Shown piece after piece: positions 50,947 through 59,136 of a DNA stretch of 64,000 nucleotides. Each line of letters starts with the position of its first letter. The first letter of the stretch is position 1. Source of the DNA: an uncultured Acidobacteriota bacterium (GTDB lineage: Bacteria > Acidobacteriota > Thermoanaerobaculia > Multivoradales > SZUA-115); the NCBI GenBank assembly GCA_963805975.1, contig CAWDVR010000001.1, forward strand, positions 672,001-736,000, written 5' to 3'. The notes under the pieces were generated by a model. The model made no database searches. It was given only the letters and a program-made list of their open reading frames with translations, and was not told where the DNA came from. The position numbers were made by a program, and so were the translations under genes.

Positions 50947-51356
50947 GGGCGAGCTCGAACCTCCGGCATCCGGTGAACCGGTGGAGCGGGCTCGGCGGGC
51001 CGCGGCCCGACGGCAACGGGGGCCGAGGGCCGGCGGCGGGTGATCAGGTGCTGGATCTCGTCCTGGTCCTCGGCCGGCAGGGCGTTGAACTGCTGCAGCA
51101 TCAGCACTTCGCGCGGGCTGACCGCGCCGCCGCGGTCCTCTTCGAAGAACTCCGCGACACTGACCTTGAACTCGGCCAGCATGCGGAACAGGGTGTCGAG
51201 GCTGACGCGGTATTCGCCGCGCTCGATGCGGGAGAGGTCGGACTGCTGGATGCCGATGCGGGCGGCGAGGTCGTTCTGCGTGAGCTTACGCTCCTTGCGC
51301 AGCCGACGAATCTTCCGCCCGACCAGCTCCACCTGCTGAGTTCGCTGTGCCACCAT
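50943..51356 (-). CDS. XRE/Cro family helix-turn-helix transcriptional regulator
   Basis: IRRLRKERKLTQNDLAARIGIQQSDLSRIERG; GGAGG before ATG 51356. Confidence 0.92.
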   Translation of the reverse strand: MVAQRTQQVELVGRKIRRLRKERKLTQNDLAARIGIQQSDLSRIERGEYRVSLDTLFRMLAEFKVSVAEFFEEDRGGAVSPREVLMLQQFNALPAEDQDEIQHLITRRRPSAPVAVGPRPAEPAPPVHRMPEVRARP

Positions 51357-51404
51357 CAGATCGTGGCCTCCGGGAAAGAATGACCCTCGAGGGGTGAACG
51401 CGGC

Positions 51405-51434
51405 GATGCTACAGTAGCATCCAGAACGCGTCAA
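51405..51434 (-). promoter_or_regulatory. Sigma-70 promoter of the XRE operon with an overlapping perfect palindrome (candidate operator)
   Basis: Minus strand TTGACG-17 nt-TAGCAT; GATGCTAC-A-GTAGCATC at 51405-51421 covers the -10 box. Confidence 0.65.
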
Positions 51435-51469
51435 GGCCCAAAACCTCTGTGCTACCATTTCGACGCCCG

Positions 51470-52804
51470 ATGAGCGCGCCGGTCTCGCCCAAGATCTTCG
51501 TTCTCGACACCTCGGTCATCCTCTACGACTTCCAGAGCATCCACAGCTTCGAGGAGCACGACGTGGCGGTGCCGATCACCGTCATCGAGGAGCTCGACCA
51601 GTTCAAGAAGGGCGGCAACGTCATCAACCTGCACGCCCGCGAGTTCGTGCGCGAGCTCGACCGCCAGTCGGCCCACCACGATCTGCGCGGCTGGGTGCCG
51701 ATCAACGGCGCGACACGGGGGCGGTTTCGGGTCATCACCGACGAGGGCTCCCGGGTCGACGCCGTGGCGGCCTTCGGCAACCGCAAGAACGACCACCGCA
51801 TCCTGAACGCCGCCCTGGCGCTCGCCGAGCAGGAGAGCGATCGCCGGGTGATCCTGGTGAGCAAGGACATCAACCTGCGGGTGAAGGCCCGGGCCTTAGG
51901 GCTAGAGGCCGAGGACTACGAGACGGTCAAGATCGAGGATCTCGAGCGCCTCTATACCGGCAAGAGCGAGGTGGAGGTGGCGGACGGCGGGCTGATCGAC
52001 CGCCTCTACTCGGAGGGCGCCGTGCCGGCCGAGGAGCTCGGCCTGCCCGAGGCGCCGCCCGCCCACCACTACTTCATCCTGCGGAGCGCGACGCGCTCCG
52101 CCCTCGCCTGCTTCAACCCGCGGACCCAGGCGCTCGAGCGGGTGGTGAAGACCCCGGCCTACGGCGTCCAGCCGCGCAACGCCGAGCAGACCTTCGCGCT
52201 GCACGCGGTGCTCAACCCGGCGGTGCCGCTGGTGAGCCTCTCCGGGCCGGCGGGCACAGGCAAGACGCTCCTCGCCCTGGCCGGCGCCCTGGAGCAGCGG
52301 CGCTCGTTCCGCCAGATCCTCCTGGCACGGCCCATCGTGCCGCTGTCGAACAAGGACATCGGCTACCTGCCGGGAGACATCAACTCGAAGATCAGCCCCT
52401 ACATGCAACCGGTGTGGGACAGCCTGGGCGTGATCAAGGACCAGTTCGGCGAGCGGCAGAAGGAGGCCAAGCGGATCGACGAGATGAGCGAGCTCGGCAA
52501 GCTCCAGGTGGTGCCGCTCGCCTACATCCGCGGCCGGAGCTTCTCGAACATCATCTTCGTGGTCGACGAGGCGCAGAACCTCACGCCGCACGAGGTGAAG
52601 ACCATCATCACCCGCGCCGGCGAAGGCACCAAGATCGTCTTCACCGGCGACATTTTTCAGATCGACACCCCGTATCTCGACGCCCACAGCAACGGCCTTT
52701 CGTACCTCATCGACCGCATCCGCGACAGCCCGCTCTACGCGCACGTGAACCTGGACAAGGGCGAGCGCTCGGAGCTCGCCAACCTGGCGAGCCGGCTGCT
52801 GTAA
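51470..52804 (+). CDS. PIN-PhoH (PhoH2/YlaK-like) protein
   Basis: FVLDTSV PIN start, NDHRIL, SKDINLRVKA; GPAGTGKT, YIRGRS, DEAQN, GD..QID. Confidence 0.92.
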   Translation: MSAPVSPKIFVLDTSVILYDFQSIHSFEEHDVAVPITVIEELDQFKKGGNVINLHAREFVRELDRQSAHHDLRGWVPINGATRGRFRVITDEGSRVDAVAAFGNRKNDHRILNAALALAEQESDRRVILVSKDINLRVKARALGLEAEDYETVKIEDLERLYTGKSEVEVADGGLIDRLYSEGAVPAEELGLPEAPPAHHYFILRSATRSALACFNPRTQALERVVKTPAYGVQPRNAEQTFALHAVLNPAVPLVSLSGPAGTGKTLLALAGALEQRRSFRQILLARPIVPLSNKDIGYLPGDINSKISPYMQPVWDSLGVIKDQFGERQKEAKRIDEMSELGKLQVVPLAYIRGRSFSNIIFVVDEAQNLTPHEVKTIITRAGEGTKIVFTGDIFQIDTPYLDAHSNGLSYLIDRIRDSPLYAHVNLDKGERSELANLASRLL

Positions 52805-52892
52805 CGGCGATCCAGCCCACTCTGGGGCCGCTTGACCGCCAGGCGAATCCCTGCGACGATCGCGTCACCATCTTCGTGAACGTCATGATGCG

Positions 52893-54698
52893 GTGAGATC
52901 TCCAGGGCCAGGCGAGGCGTCGCCGACTCTCTCGACGAGGTCCGACTTCGAGGGCATCCTCGAAGGGCTCTGGAACGATCCCCGGCGTTTCCACCGCCCG
53001 GCCCACGAGGTGCTCGCCGACCTGCTGAGCTTCGGCGGGCGGCTGCCGCTCGGCGACGGCGCCGACGCCCTGGCGGAGCTCGACCGCCGGCTCTGGGAGG
53101 CGCTGGCCTCGCGGCCCGAGATCGTCCTCTCTCCCGAGCCGCCGAGTCGTGGCACGGTCCTGGAAGCGTTCTCGAACGAGCTCGGCCGGGTGCATCTGCG
53201 GCCGGCGGGGCTGCCGCGGCCGGACTACGGGCCCCGGGCCGGGCCCCACACGCACGGCTGGATCGCGGTGCCGCCGGAGCTCTACCGCGAGGCCCGCGCG
53301 GCAGCCGACGCGGCTCTCGCCGAGGAGGCGGCGCTGCGGACGCGCTGCGACGCGCTCTTCGCCAGCGACCCCGAGCTCGCCGACCCCGACCGGGTGCTCG
53401 ACGCGGTCGACGACGCCGTGCGCCACGTCGAGGCGGTGATGCTCTACCTCGACGACGAGCTGCTGGCCCTGATCGAGCGTCACAAGACGCTGATCGACAG
53501 CAACGGCCGGCCCGGCCTGTGCTCGCGCCTGCGTGGCCGCAACCCCTGCTCGTGGACCTCCGGCGAGCGGCTGGCGGTGGTGGCGCTCCGCGCCCTCTTC
53601 CTCTCTGGCCGCTCGATCCGCTTCGAGGAGTTCAACGGCAAGGAGCTCACTGCGCGGCGGCTGCTGGCCAAGCTCTCGGAGCTGGCGCGGGCCTACGAGC
53701 CGTTCGGCCTCGAGCTGCCGGCCGCGGACGCCGGTCCGCTCGCGCTGGCGGCGAGCATCGGCCGGGCGGCGCAGCGCGCGATCGGCCAACCCCGGCTGCG
53801 GTACCGCTACGTCAACGGCCTCACCTTCTTCAAGGCCGAGCGCTGGACCCGGGTGGCGGACACCCCCGACCTGCCGCTGCCTGCCCGGGTCCTGGCGCTC
53901 CACGAGGCCTGGCTGGGCCGTCCGCCCGAGGGCACACCGGAGGAGGTCTTCGACCGCTTGGCCGAGGCCGCGGTCTATGGCCGCGTGGAGCTGCCCGACG
54001 AGGCGTTCAGCGGCCGGGCCGCGACCACGCCGGTCGAGCTGCTGATGGAGGAGATGGTGGTGGCGGTGCTGTTCGCGGCCGGCGCCGACTACTCGATGTC
54101 GAGCTCACTGCGCGACCTGCGTTGGCTGACGGTCGCGGACCGCGCCGCCCGCCTCGAGGGCATCGTCGATCTCGAGCCGCGGCCGCATTTTTTCTGTGCG
54201 GTGGCCTCGCGGCCTGGGCTGGCGGCCGAGCTCGGCGAGCGCCTGGCGCCGCACGTCTACCACGCCGTGCAGGCGCGGATGGAGTTCAACCGCTGGCATT
54301 TCATCCCCGGCAACTTCCCCGAGAGCGAGGTGCCGCGAACCCGGCACTATTACTATCCGCCGGTGATGCCCGACCTGGCCGAGTGGTCCGACCAACGCCA
54401 CAGCGGCCACAAGCGCGGCGGGGTGCGCTACTCGATCCGCACTCCCGGCCCGGACATGGGGGAGCCGCCGCTGACCCTCGCGGGCCAGGCCTATCGCGGC
54501 TTCTACGACCTGCGCGCCGTGCGTATGGAGGGGTCGCCGTTCAATGTCGCCGAGATGCTCGCCGTCCGCCGGCTGCGGGTGTGGCTGGGGTTGCTCTGGC
54601 GGCGGATCTTCGAGCGCTCGGAGGCCGAGCCGGGTTCGGTGGTGATCCGCGGCTTCGTCACCGGGAGGGGCTACGAGCCGGCGGGCGAGGAGGCATGA
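52893..54698 (+). CDS. Hypothetical 601-aa protein, first gene of a putative biosynthetic operon
   Basis: Long ORF with plausible codon usage; motif-like RMEFNRWHFIPG and PDLAEWSDQRHSGH; stop overlaps next ATG. Confidence 0.7.
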   Translation: MRSPGPGEASPTLSTRSDFEGILEGLWNDPRRFHRPAHEVLADLLSFGGRLPLGDGADALAELDRRLWEALASRPEIVLSPEPPSRGTVLEAFSNELGRVHLRPAGLPRPDYGPRAGPHTHGWIAVPPELYREARAAADAALAEEAALRTRCDALFASDPELADPDRVLDAVDDAVRHVEAVMLYLDDELLALIERHKTLIDSNGRPGLCSRLRGRNPCSWTSGERLAVVALRALFLSGRSIRFEEFNGKELTARRLLAKLSELARAYEPFGLELPAADAGPLALAASIGRAAQRAIGQPRLRYRYVNGLTFFKAERWTRVADTPDLPLPARVLALHEAWLGRPPEGTPEEVFDRLAEAAVYGRVELPDEAFSGRAATTPVELLMEEMVVAVLFAAGADYSMSSSLRDLRWLTVADRAARLEGIVDLEPRPHFFCAVASRPGLAAELGERLAPHVYHAVQARMEFNRWHFIPGNFPESEVPRTRHYYYPPVMPDLAEWSDQRHSGHKRGGVRYSIRTPGPDMGEPPLTLAGQAYRGFYDLRAVRMEGSPFNVAEMLAVRRLRVWLGLLWRRIFERSEAEPGSVVIRGFVTGRGYEPAGEEA

Positions 54699-55706
54699 GA
54701 GGAGGCCGGCGACGCCTGGCGGTCCTGCTGCTGGTCGACCCGGAGGTGGTCGCCGCCGAAGACCCGCAGTTCTCGCGGCCCACGGGCAGGGCGAGCCGGC
54801 TGGAGGCGCACGTGGCCGCGGGGCTGCGCCGGTCCGGGCACGCGGTCGAGGTGTTGCCCTGCGGGCCGGGGGGAGAACGGCTGCTCGAGAGCCTGATCGC
54901 GGCCGGGTGCCGGACCGACCTGGTCTTCAACCTGACCGAGCACTTCGCCGGCGACCGCCGGGGAGACGCGTTGGTGGCGGCGGCGCTCGAGCTCCTGGGC
55001 CTGCCCTACACCGGGAGCGGGCCGGAGGCGCTCCTGCTGTGCCGCGACAAGGCCGAGTCCAAGCATCGCCTGCGGCGGGCCGGCCTGGCGGTGCCGGAGT
55101 TCGCCGTGCTCGAGCCCGGCGGGCACGATCTCTCGCCGCCTGCCCTACCCGGTGCTGGTCAAGCCGCGCTTCGGGGACGCCTCGGAGCTGATCGCCGCCG
55201 CCTCCCTCGCGGCGAGCCCGGCGGCGGCGGCGCGGCGGGCGCTCCAGGTGCAGCGGGTCACCGGCCAGGCGGCGATCTGCGAGGCGTACGTCCCCGGCCG
55301 TGAGCTCAAGGTGGCTGTCTTGGGAGGCGCCAGGCCGCTCGTGCTGCCGCCCCGCGAGGTGCACTTCGGCAGGCGCGGCGGGCCGGGGTTCCTCACCGCG
55401 CGCGTCAAGAACGACGCCGCCTACCGCCGGCGCTGGAACATCCGCTACCGGCGGGCGAGGCTCGCCCCGCGGACCCTCGCCGCGGTCGAGGAGGCGAGCC
55501 TCGCGGCCTACCGGCTGCTCGGCCTGCGCGACTACGGCAAGCTCGACCTGCGTCTGACGGCGGAGGGCGAGGCCGTCTTCATCGAAGCCAACCCCAACCC
55601 CGACCTTTCGCCGACCGGCTTCGGGGCGATCGCCTCCTGGGCCGGGATCGGCTACCCTGAGCTGCTCGACCGTATCGCCCGCTCGGCCTTGGAGAGAGCC
55701 CCCTGA
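54695..55706 (+). pseudogene. D-Ala-D-Ala ligase-like ATP-grasp enzyme, frameshifted near 55130 (real or sequencing error)
   Basis: Frame 1: DLVFNL, LELLGLPYTGS, DKA; +1 frame: LPYPVLVKP, EAYVPGRE, LGLRDYGKLD, IEANPNP. Confidence 0.8.
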
Positions 55707-56701
55707 TCGATCTCGCCCGCGACTACCCGACGTTGGCGCGCCTGACCCGCGCGGCGGAGGACGGCTCCCTCGCCGACCTCGAGCTCGCGCCAGACGGCCG
55801 CTGGCAGACCCGCGCCGTCACCCTCGCCGGGCTGACGCGCGAGGTGGCGGCGCACCTCGCGGCCACGCTCGGGAGGCACGAGCCGGAGGATCTCCCGGTC
55901 TTCGTCGTCGCCTGGGGCAAGTGCCGCGTCGGCTCCACCGCCCTCACCAACCTGTTCGGCATCGCCGGCGTGCCGGCCTTCTACCAGCCGGTCAAGACCA
56001 CGGCGCGCCACCTGCTCGTCGGGTCCCAGCCGCCGCCCTGGGAGCCGCCGTCGGCGAGCGAGCATCCGCTGATCATGGCCAAGGAGATGGCCGGCCCCTA
56101 CCTGGCCGTCGAGACGGTGTTCAACCCGCTCGCGATGCTGGTCGACGCTGGCTACCCGGCCGCCAAGCTCCACCTCCTGGTGCTGGAGCGCGAGCCCCTG
56201 GTCTCGCTCTCCTCGTGGCTCCACAAGTGGGCCGACCGGCTGCCGCGCCGCACGCTGGTCGAGCACTTTGCGCTCTCTTCGCTCGCCGCGCCGCGCATGG
56301 AGGCCTGGGCCGGGGAGTATGGCGTGCCGGTCACGCACTACCTCTACGAGGCGAGCCGCCGGCCGGAGCAGACCATCGCCGCCCTGCTGGCGCGCCTGGG
56401 CATCGGCGAGAAGTTCCGTCCCGAGGTGGTCAACGACTGGGACGAGCGCGGCGAGCTCGGCTCGGAGCGCTCGCTGATCTTCTTCCCGCGCGAGCCCGAG
56501 GTCTACGTGGTGCCCGGTCTGCACTCCTCCTTCACCCGCTATGCCTTCCAGCCGCGGGCGGCCTCGAACCTCATGGCGGAGGAGCGGCGCCTGGTCGAGG
56601 AGTTGGGCCTCGAGGAGCTCTACGCCCGCTCGGCGCGCGCCATGTGCGAAGAGCTGGGCTTTGACGAGGAGCTGGCGCGGGCCGTGCTCGCCCCGGGCTG
56701 A
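55703..56701 (+). CDS. Sulfotransferase-fold protein
   Basis: PAPS-binding-like WGKCRVGSTAL and REPLVSLSSW, then LYE; start either CTG 55703 (overlaps upstream stop) or TTG 55733. Confidence 0.7.
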   Translation: MIDLARDYPTLARLTRAAEDGSLADLELAPDGRWQTRAVTLAGLTREVAAHLAATLGRHEPEDLPVFVVAWGKCRVGSTALTNLFGIAGVPAFYQPVKTTARHLLVGSQPPPWEPPSASEHPLIMAKEMAGPYLAVETVFNPLAMLVDAGYPAAKLHLLVLEREPLVSLSSWLHKWADRLPRRTLVEHFALSSLAAPRMEAWAGEYGVPVTHYLYEASRRPEQTIAALLARLGIGEKFRPEVVNDWDERGELGSERSLIFFPREPEVYVVPGLHSSFTRYAFQPRAASNLMAEERRLVEELGLEELYARSARAMCEELGFDEELARAVLAPG

Positions 56702-56711
56702 AGGCCGGCCG

Positions 56712-57923
56712 ATGGCAGAGACCCTCGGAGAGAGGCTCACCATCCGCGATCCGCTCGGGCCGCCGGCGGCCGAGCTGCGGCGCGAGCGCGAGCGGCTGTG
56801 CGCCTTCCTGCGCGAGCGCGAGGACGAGGTGTTCACGGCACCCGACTTGGGGCTAAGGCAAGAGCTGCGCCTGCTCCTGGGCTGGGACGACGACACCTTC
56901 ACGGCCTTCGTCGCCTCGCCGCTCCTCACCCACAGCTCGCCGCACACCGGCCTCAACCTCTTCGCGCCCATGATGTCTTTCGCCTGGGTGCAGCGCTCGC
57001 TGCAGGAGATCTCCACACCGTATCTAGCCTCCGGACGAGCGGTGCACCTGCGCACGCTGGTGATGCACAACAACCTGGGGGACCTGCGCTACCGCCCCTA
57101 TGCCTGGTGGCGGCGGGAGCGCGGCGGCCGCCTCGCCAAGACCGTCTTCTTCAGCCGCGGCCACGCGCAGCGCCGCAAGGTGCTGCTGGCGCTGCCGGCG
57201 CCGGAAGTCGACCCCGCGGGCTGCTGCGAGTCGGACCGCGCGGCCGTGGCTCTAGCCCGCCACGGCCGCGGCTACGCCTACTTCGCGCTGCTCTACCGGC
57301 GCCACATCGAGCGCCAGGCGGGCTTCCACCTGCCTGGCGCCAGTCTCGACGTGCCCCTCAACCTGCTCGCCGGGTTCACCTTCCGGCGGCATGACCCGGC
57401 GGCCTGGGCCGCCGCCTCGGAGGCTGTCGCGGGCCGCAGCCTGCGGGCCGTCTCGCCCGAGGGAGAGCTGACCAGGCTCTCGGCGCAAGACCTCTCGGCC
57501 TGGGCCGGGGGCTGCCCGGAACTCGAGCGGCTGCGCGTGGTGATGCCCAACTTCGCGGCCTTCGCGCAGATCTACCGGCTGGGAGTGTCGGTCCTCGTCG
57601 GCGCCGAGAAGATGGCCCGCTACGTGGCACCGATGAACGCCGAGATCGCCGCCCTGCTGGCGGCGGTGGGGGAGAGCGCCCCGGCGCCGCGACTGATCCC
57701 GATCACGCGCTTCCCGGTGAGCGAGGCGGCGCCGCTCGACGAGCCGACTCGCGCCGAGCTCGGCAGGGCGGGCCTGACCCACTCGCTGCCGCTCGCCGTG
57801 GCCGACTTCGGAGCGGGCCTCTCCGAACGTTTCGCGGTGCTCCTGGACCGCTCGTACCGCGAGTTCTTCCCGGTGGAGGAGCTGGCGACCGAGCCAGCTT
57901 GCACTTCGTCGTCGGCCTGCTAG
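56712..57923 (+). CDS. Hypothetical 403-aa protein
   Basis: ATG 10 nt after the upstream stop; HSSPHTG, HNNLGD and GAEKM..Y motifs; no certain family. Confidence 0.65.
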   Translation: MAETLGERLTIRDPLGPPAAELRRERERLCAFLREREDEVFTAPDLGLRQELRLLLGWDDDTFTAFVASPLLTHSSPHTGLNLFAPMMSFAWVQRSLQEISTPYLASGRAVHLRTLVMHNNLGDLRYRPYAWWRRERGGRLAKTVFFSRGHAQRRKVLLALPAPEVDPAGCCESDRAAVALARHGRGYAYFALLYRRHIERQAGFHLPGASLDVPLNLLAGFTFRRHDPAAWAAASEAVAGRSLRAVSPEGELTRLSAQDLSAWAGGCPELERLRVVMPNFAAFAQIYRLGVSVLVGAEKMARYVAPMNAEIAALLAAVGESAPAPRLIPITRFPVSEAAPLDEPTRAELGRAGLTHSLPLAVADFGAGLSERFAVLLDRSYREFFPVEELATEPACTSSSAC

Positions 57924-57949
57924 ACTCGCGTCGTTACGTGCGACAACCG

Positions 57950-59053
57950 GTGACCAAGTTCTTCCTCCCGCTGGCGGCCCTTGCGGTCGGCCTCGCGGCC
58001 GGCCCGTCTTCAACCGCCGCCAACCTGACCGTGCCGTTGCGCGACGCCACGGGCGCCACCGCCACGCTCTACAGCGTGGACCTCGACAACGGCCGGATCT
58101 TCGAGGTGGAGCCGCGACGAGCCGGCGAGGCGGTGCGCCTGCGCCCCCTGTCCCAGAACCTCTTCTCGGCCATCGGCCGGCCTCTGGACCTGGCGGCGGC
58201 GCCGGGGGAGTTCGTGATCGAGGGCTTGCAGGACCGCTCGGGCCGGACCCGCGCCCTGCTGCTGGTCGAGACCTCGTCCGGCTACGTGGCCTTCCTCACC
58301 CGGCTCGGGGAGGATCAGGCGCTCGGCGCCGTGCGCACGGTGGCCGGCCGGCCGGGCGAGGCGCTGGTCGGCACCGACGGCCAGTACGCGCTGCTGATGC
58401 GGCGCGAGGCCTCGCGCCGCGCCGAGCAGGCCTACCTGATCCACGCCTCGAACGGCGGCTGCCTGATGTTCTCGGGCGTCGAGCGCTTCGAGGAGGACCC
58501 CACGGTGCGCCGCTGCGAGGCGCTCCCGGCTTTCCAGCTCGCCTCGAATGCGGTGCCACTCGAGACCGAGAGCGGCACGGTGACCGGCTACGTGCTGGTG
58601 GACGGCAAGGACGGCAGCGTGCTCTTCGTCTACTTCTCGGCGGAGCGCGAGGATCGGCTGATCGTGGCGCGTTCGACCATCCAGCTCGCGAGCCTGTTCC
58701 CGGCCGTCGAAGGTACACCGCTGGCGCGCCGTTTCGCCCTGGCTTCGCTGCGCGACGGGGACGGCGCCACCGCCGGCGTGCTGGTGGTGGACTCGGCCTC
58801 GCTCCGCATGGCGCTCCTCACCGGGCTCGAACGGCCTTCGACGGTGCAAGCGACACTGCTGCCTCCCGACCTCGCTCCACTGCTCGCGCGCACCGCACGC
58901 CACCGGCCGCTCGAGGCCGTGGCCCGCACCTCGGCCAACGGTGCCACCAGCGGCGCCTGGGTGCTGGGGGACGAGCGCTCGCAGCTCCTCTGGGTGAGCG
59001 ACCCGCTGAATCGCGAGTCGGTCCGCGTGCAGCCGGTCGAGCAGCGCCAGTAG
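57950..59053 (+). CDS. Secreted hypothetical protein, probable beta-propeller
   Basis: Signal peptide from GTG 57950; recurring G.T.G..LVD strand units. Confidence 0.6.
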   Translation: MTKFFLPLAALAVGLAAGPSSTAANLTVPLRDATGATATLYSVDLDNGRIFEVEPRRAGEAVRLRPLSQNLFSAIGRPLDLAAAPGEFVIEGLQDRSGRTRALLLVETSSGYVAFLTRLGEDQALGAVRTVAGRPGEALVGTDGQYALLMRREASRRAEQAYLIHASNGGCLMFSGVERFEEDPTVRRCEALPAFQLASNAVPLETESGTVTGYVLVDGKDGSVLFVYFSAEREDRLIVARSTIQLASLFPAVEGTPLARRFALASLRDGDGATAGVLVVDSASLRMALLTGLERPSTVQATLLPPDLAPLLARTARHRPLEAVARTSANGATSGAWVLGDERSQLLWVSDPLNRESVRVQPVEQRQ

Positions 59054-59136
59054 GTCTGGTCACGAGCCTGTCCGCGGGCTACTCCCTTCTGATCACTTCG
59101 CCAGCCTTCCGGCGAGGGCGTGAGAAGATCCCTTCC

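Noticed and set aside
50943-52804. XRE + PIN-PhoH as a toxin-antitoxin pair
   Set aside because: The genes are divergent and the XRE is coupled to TPR-B instead; shared regulation is not excluded
54695-55706. Housekeeping ddl gene
   Set aside because: Not in a cell-wall gene cluster; lacks the N-terminal GG.S.E motif and has NPNP instead of NT.PG
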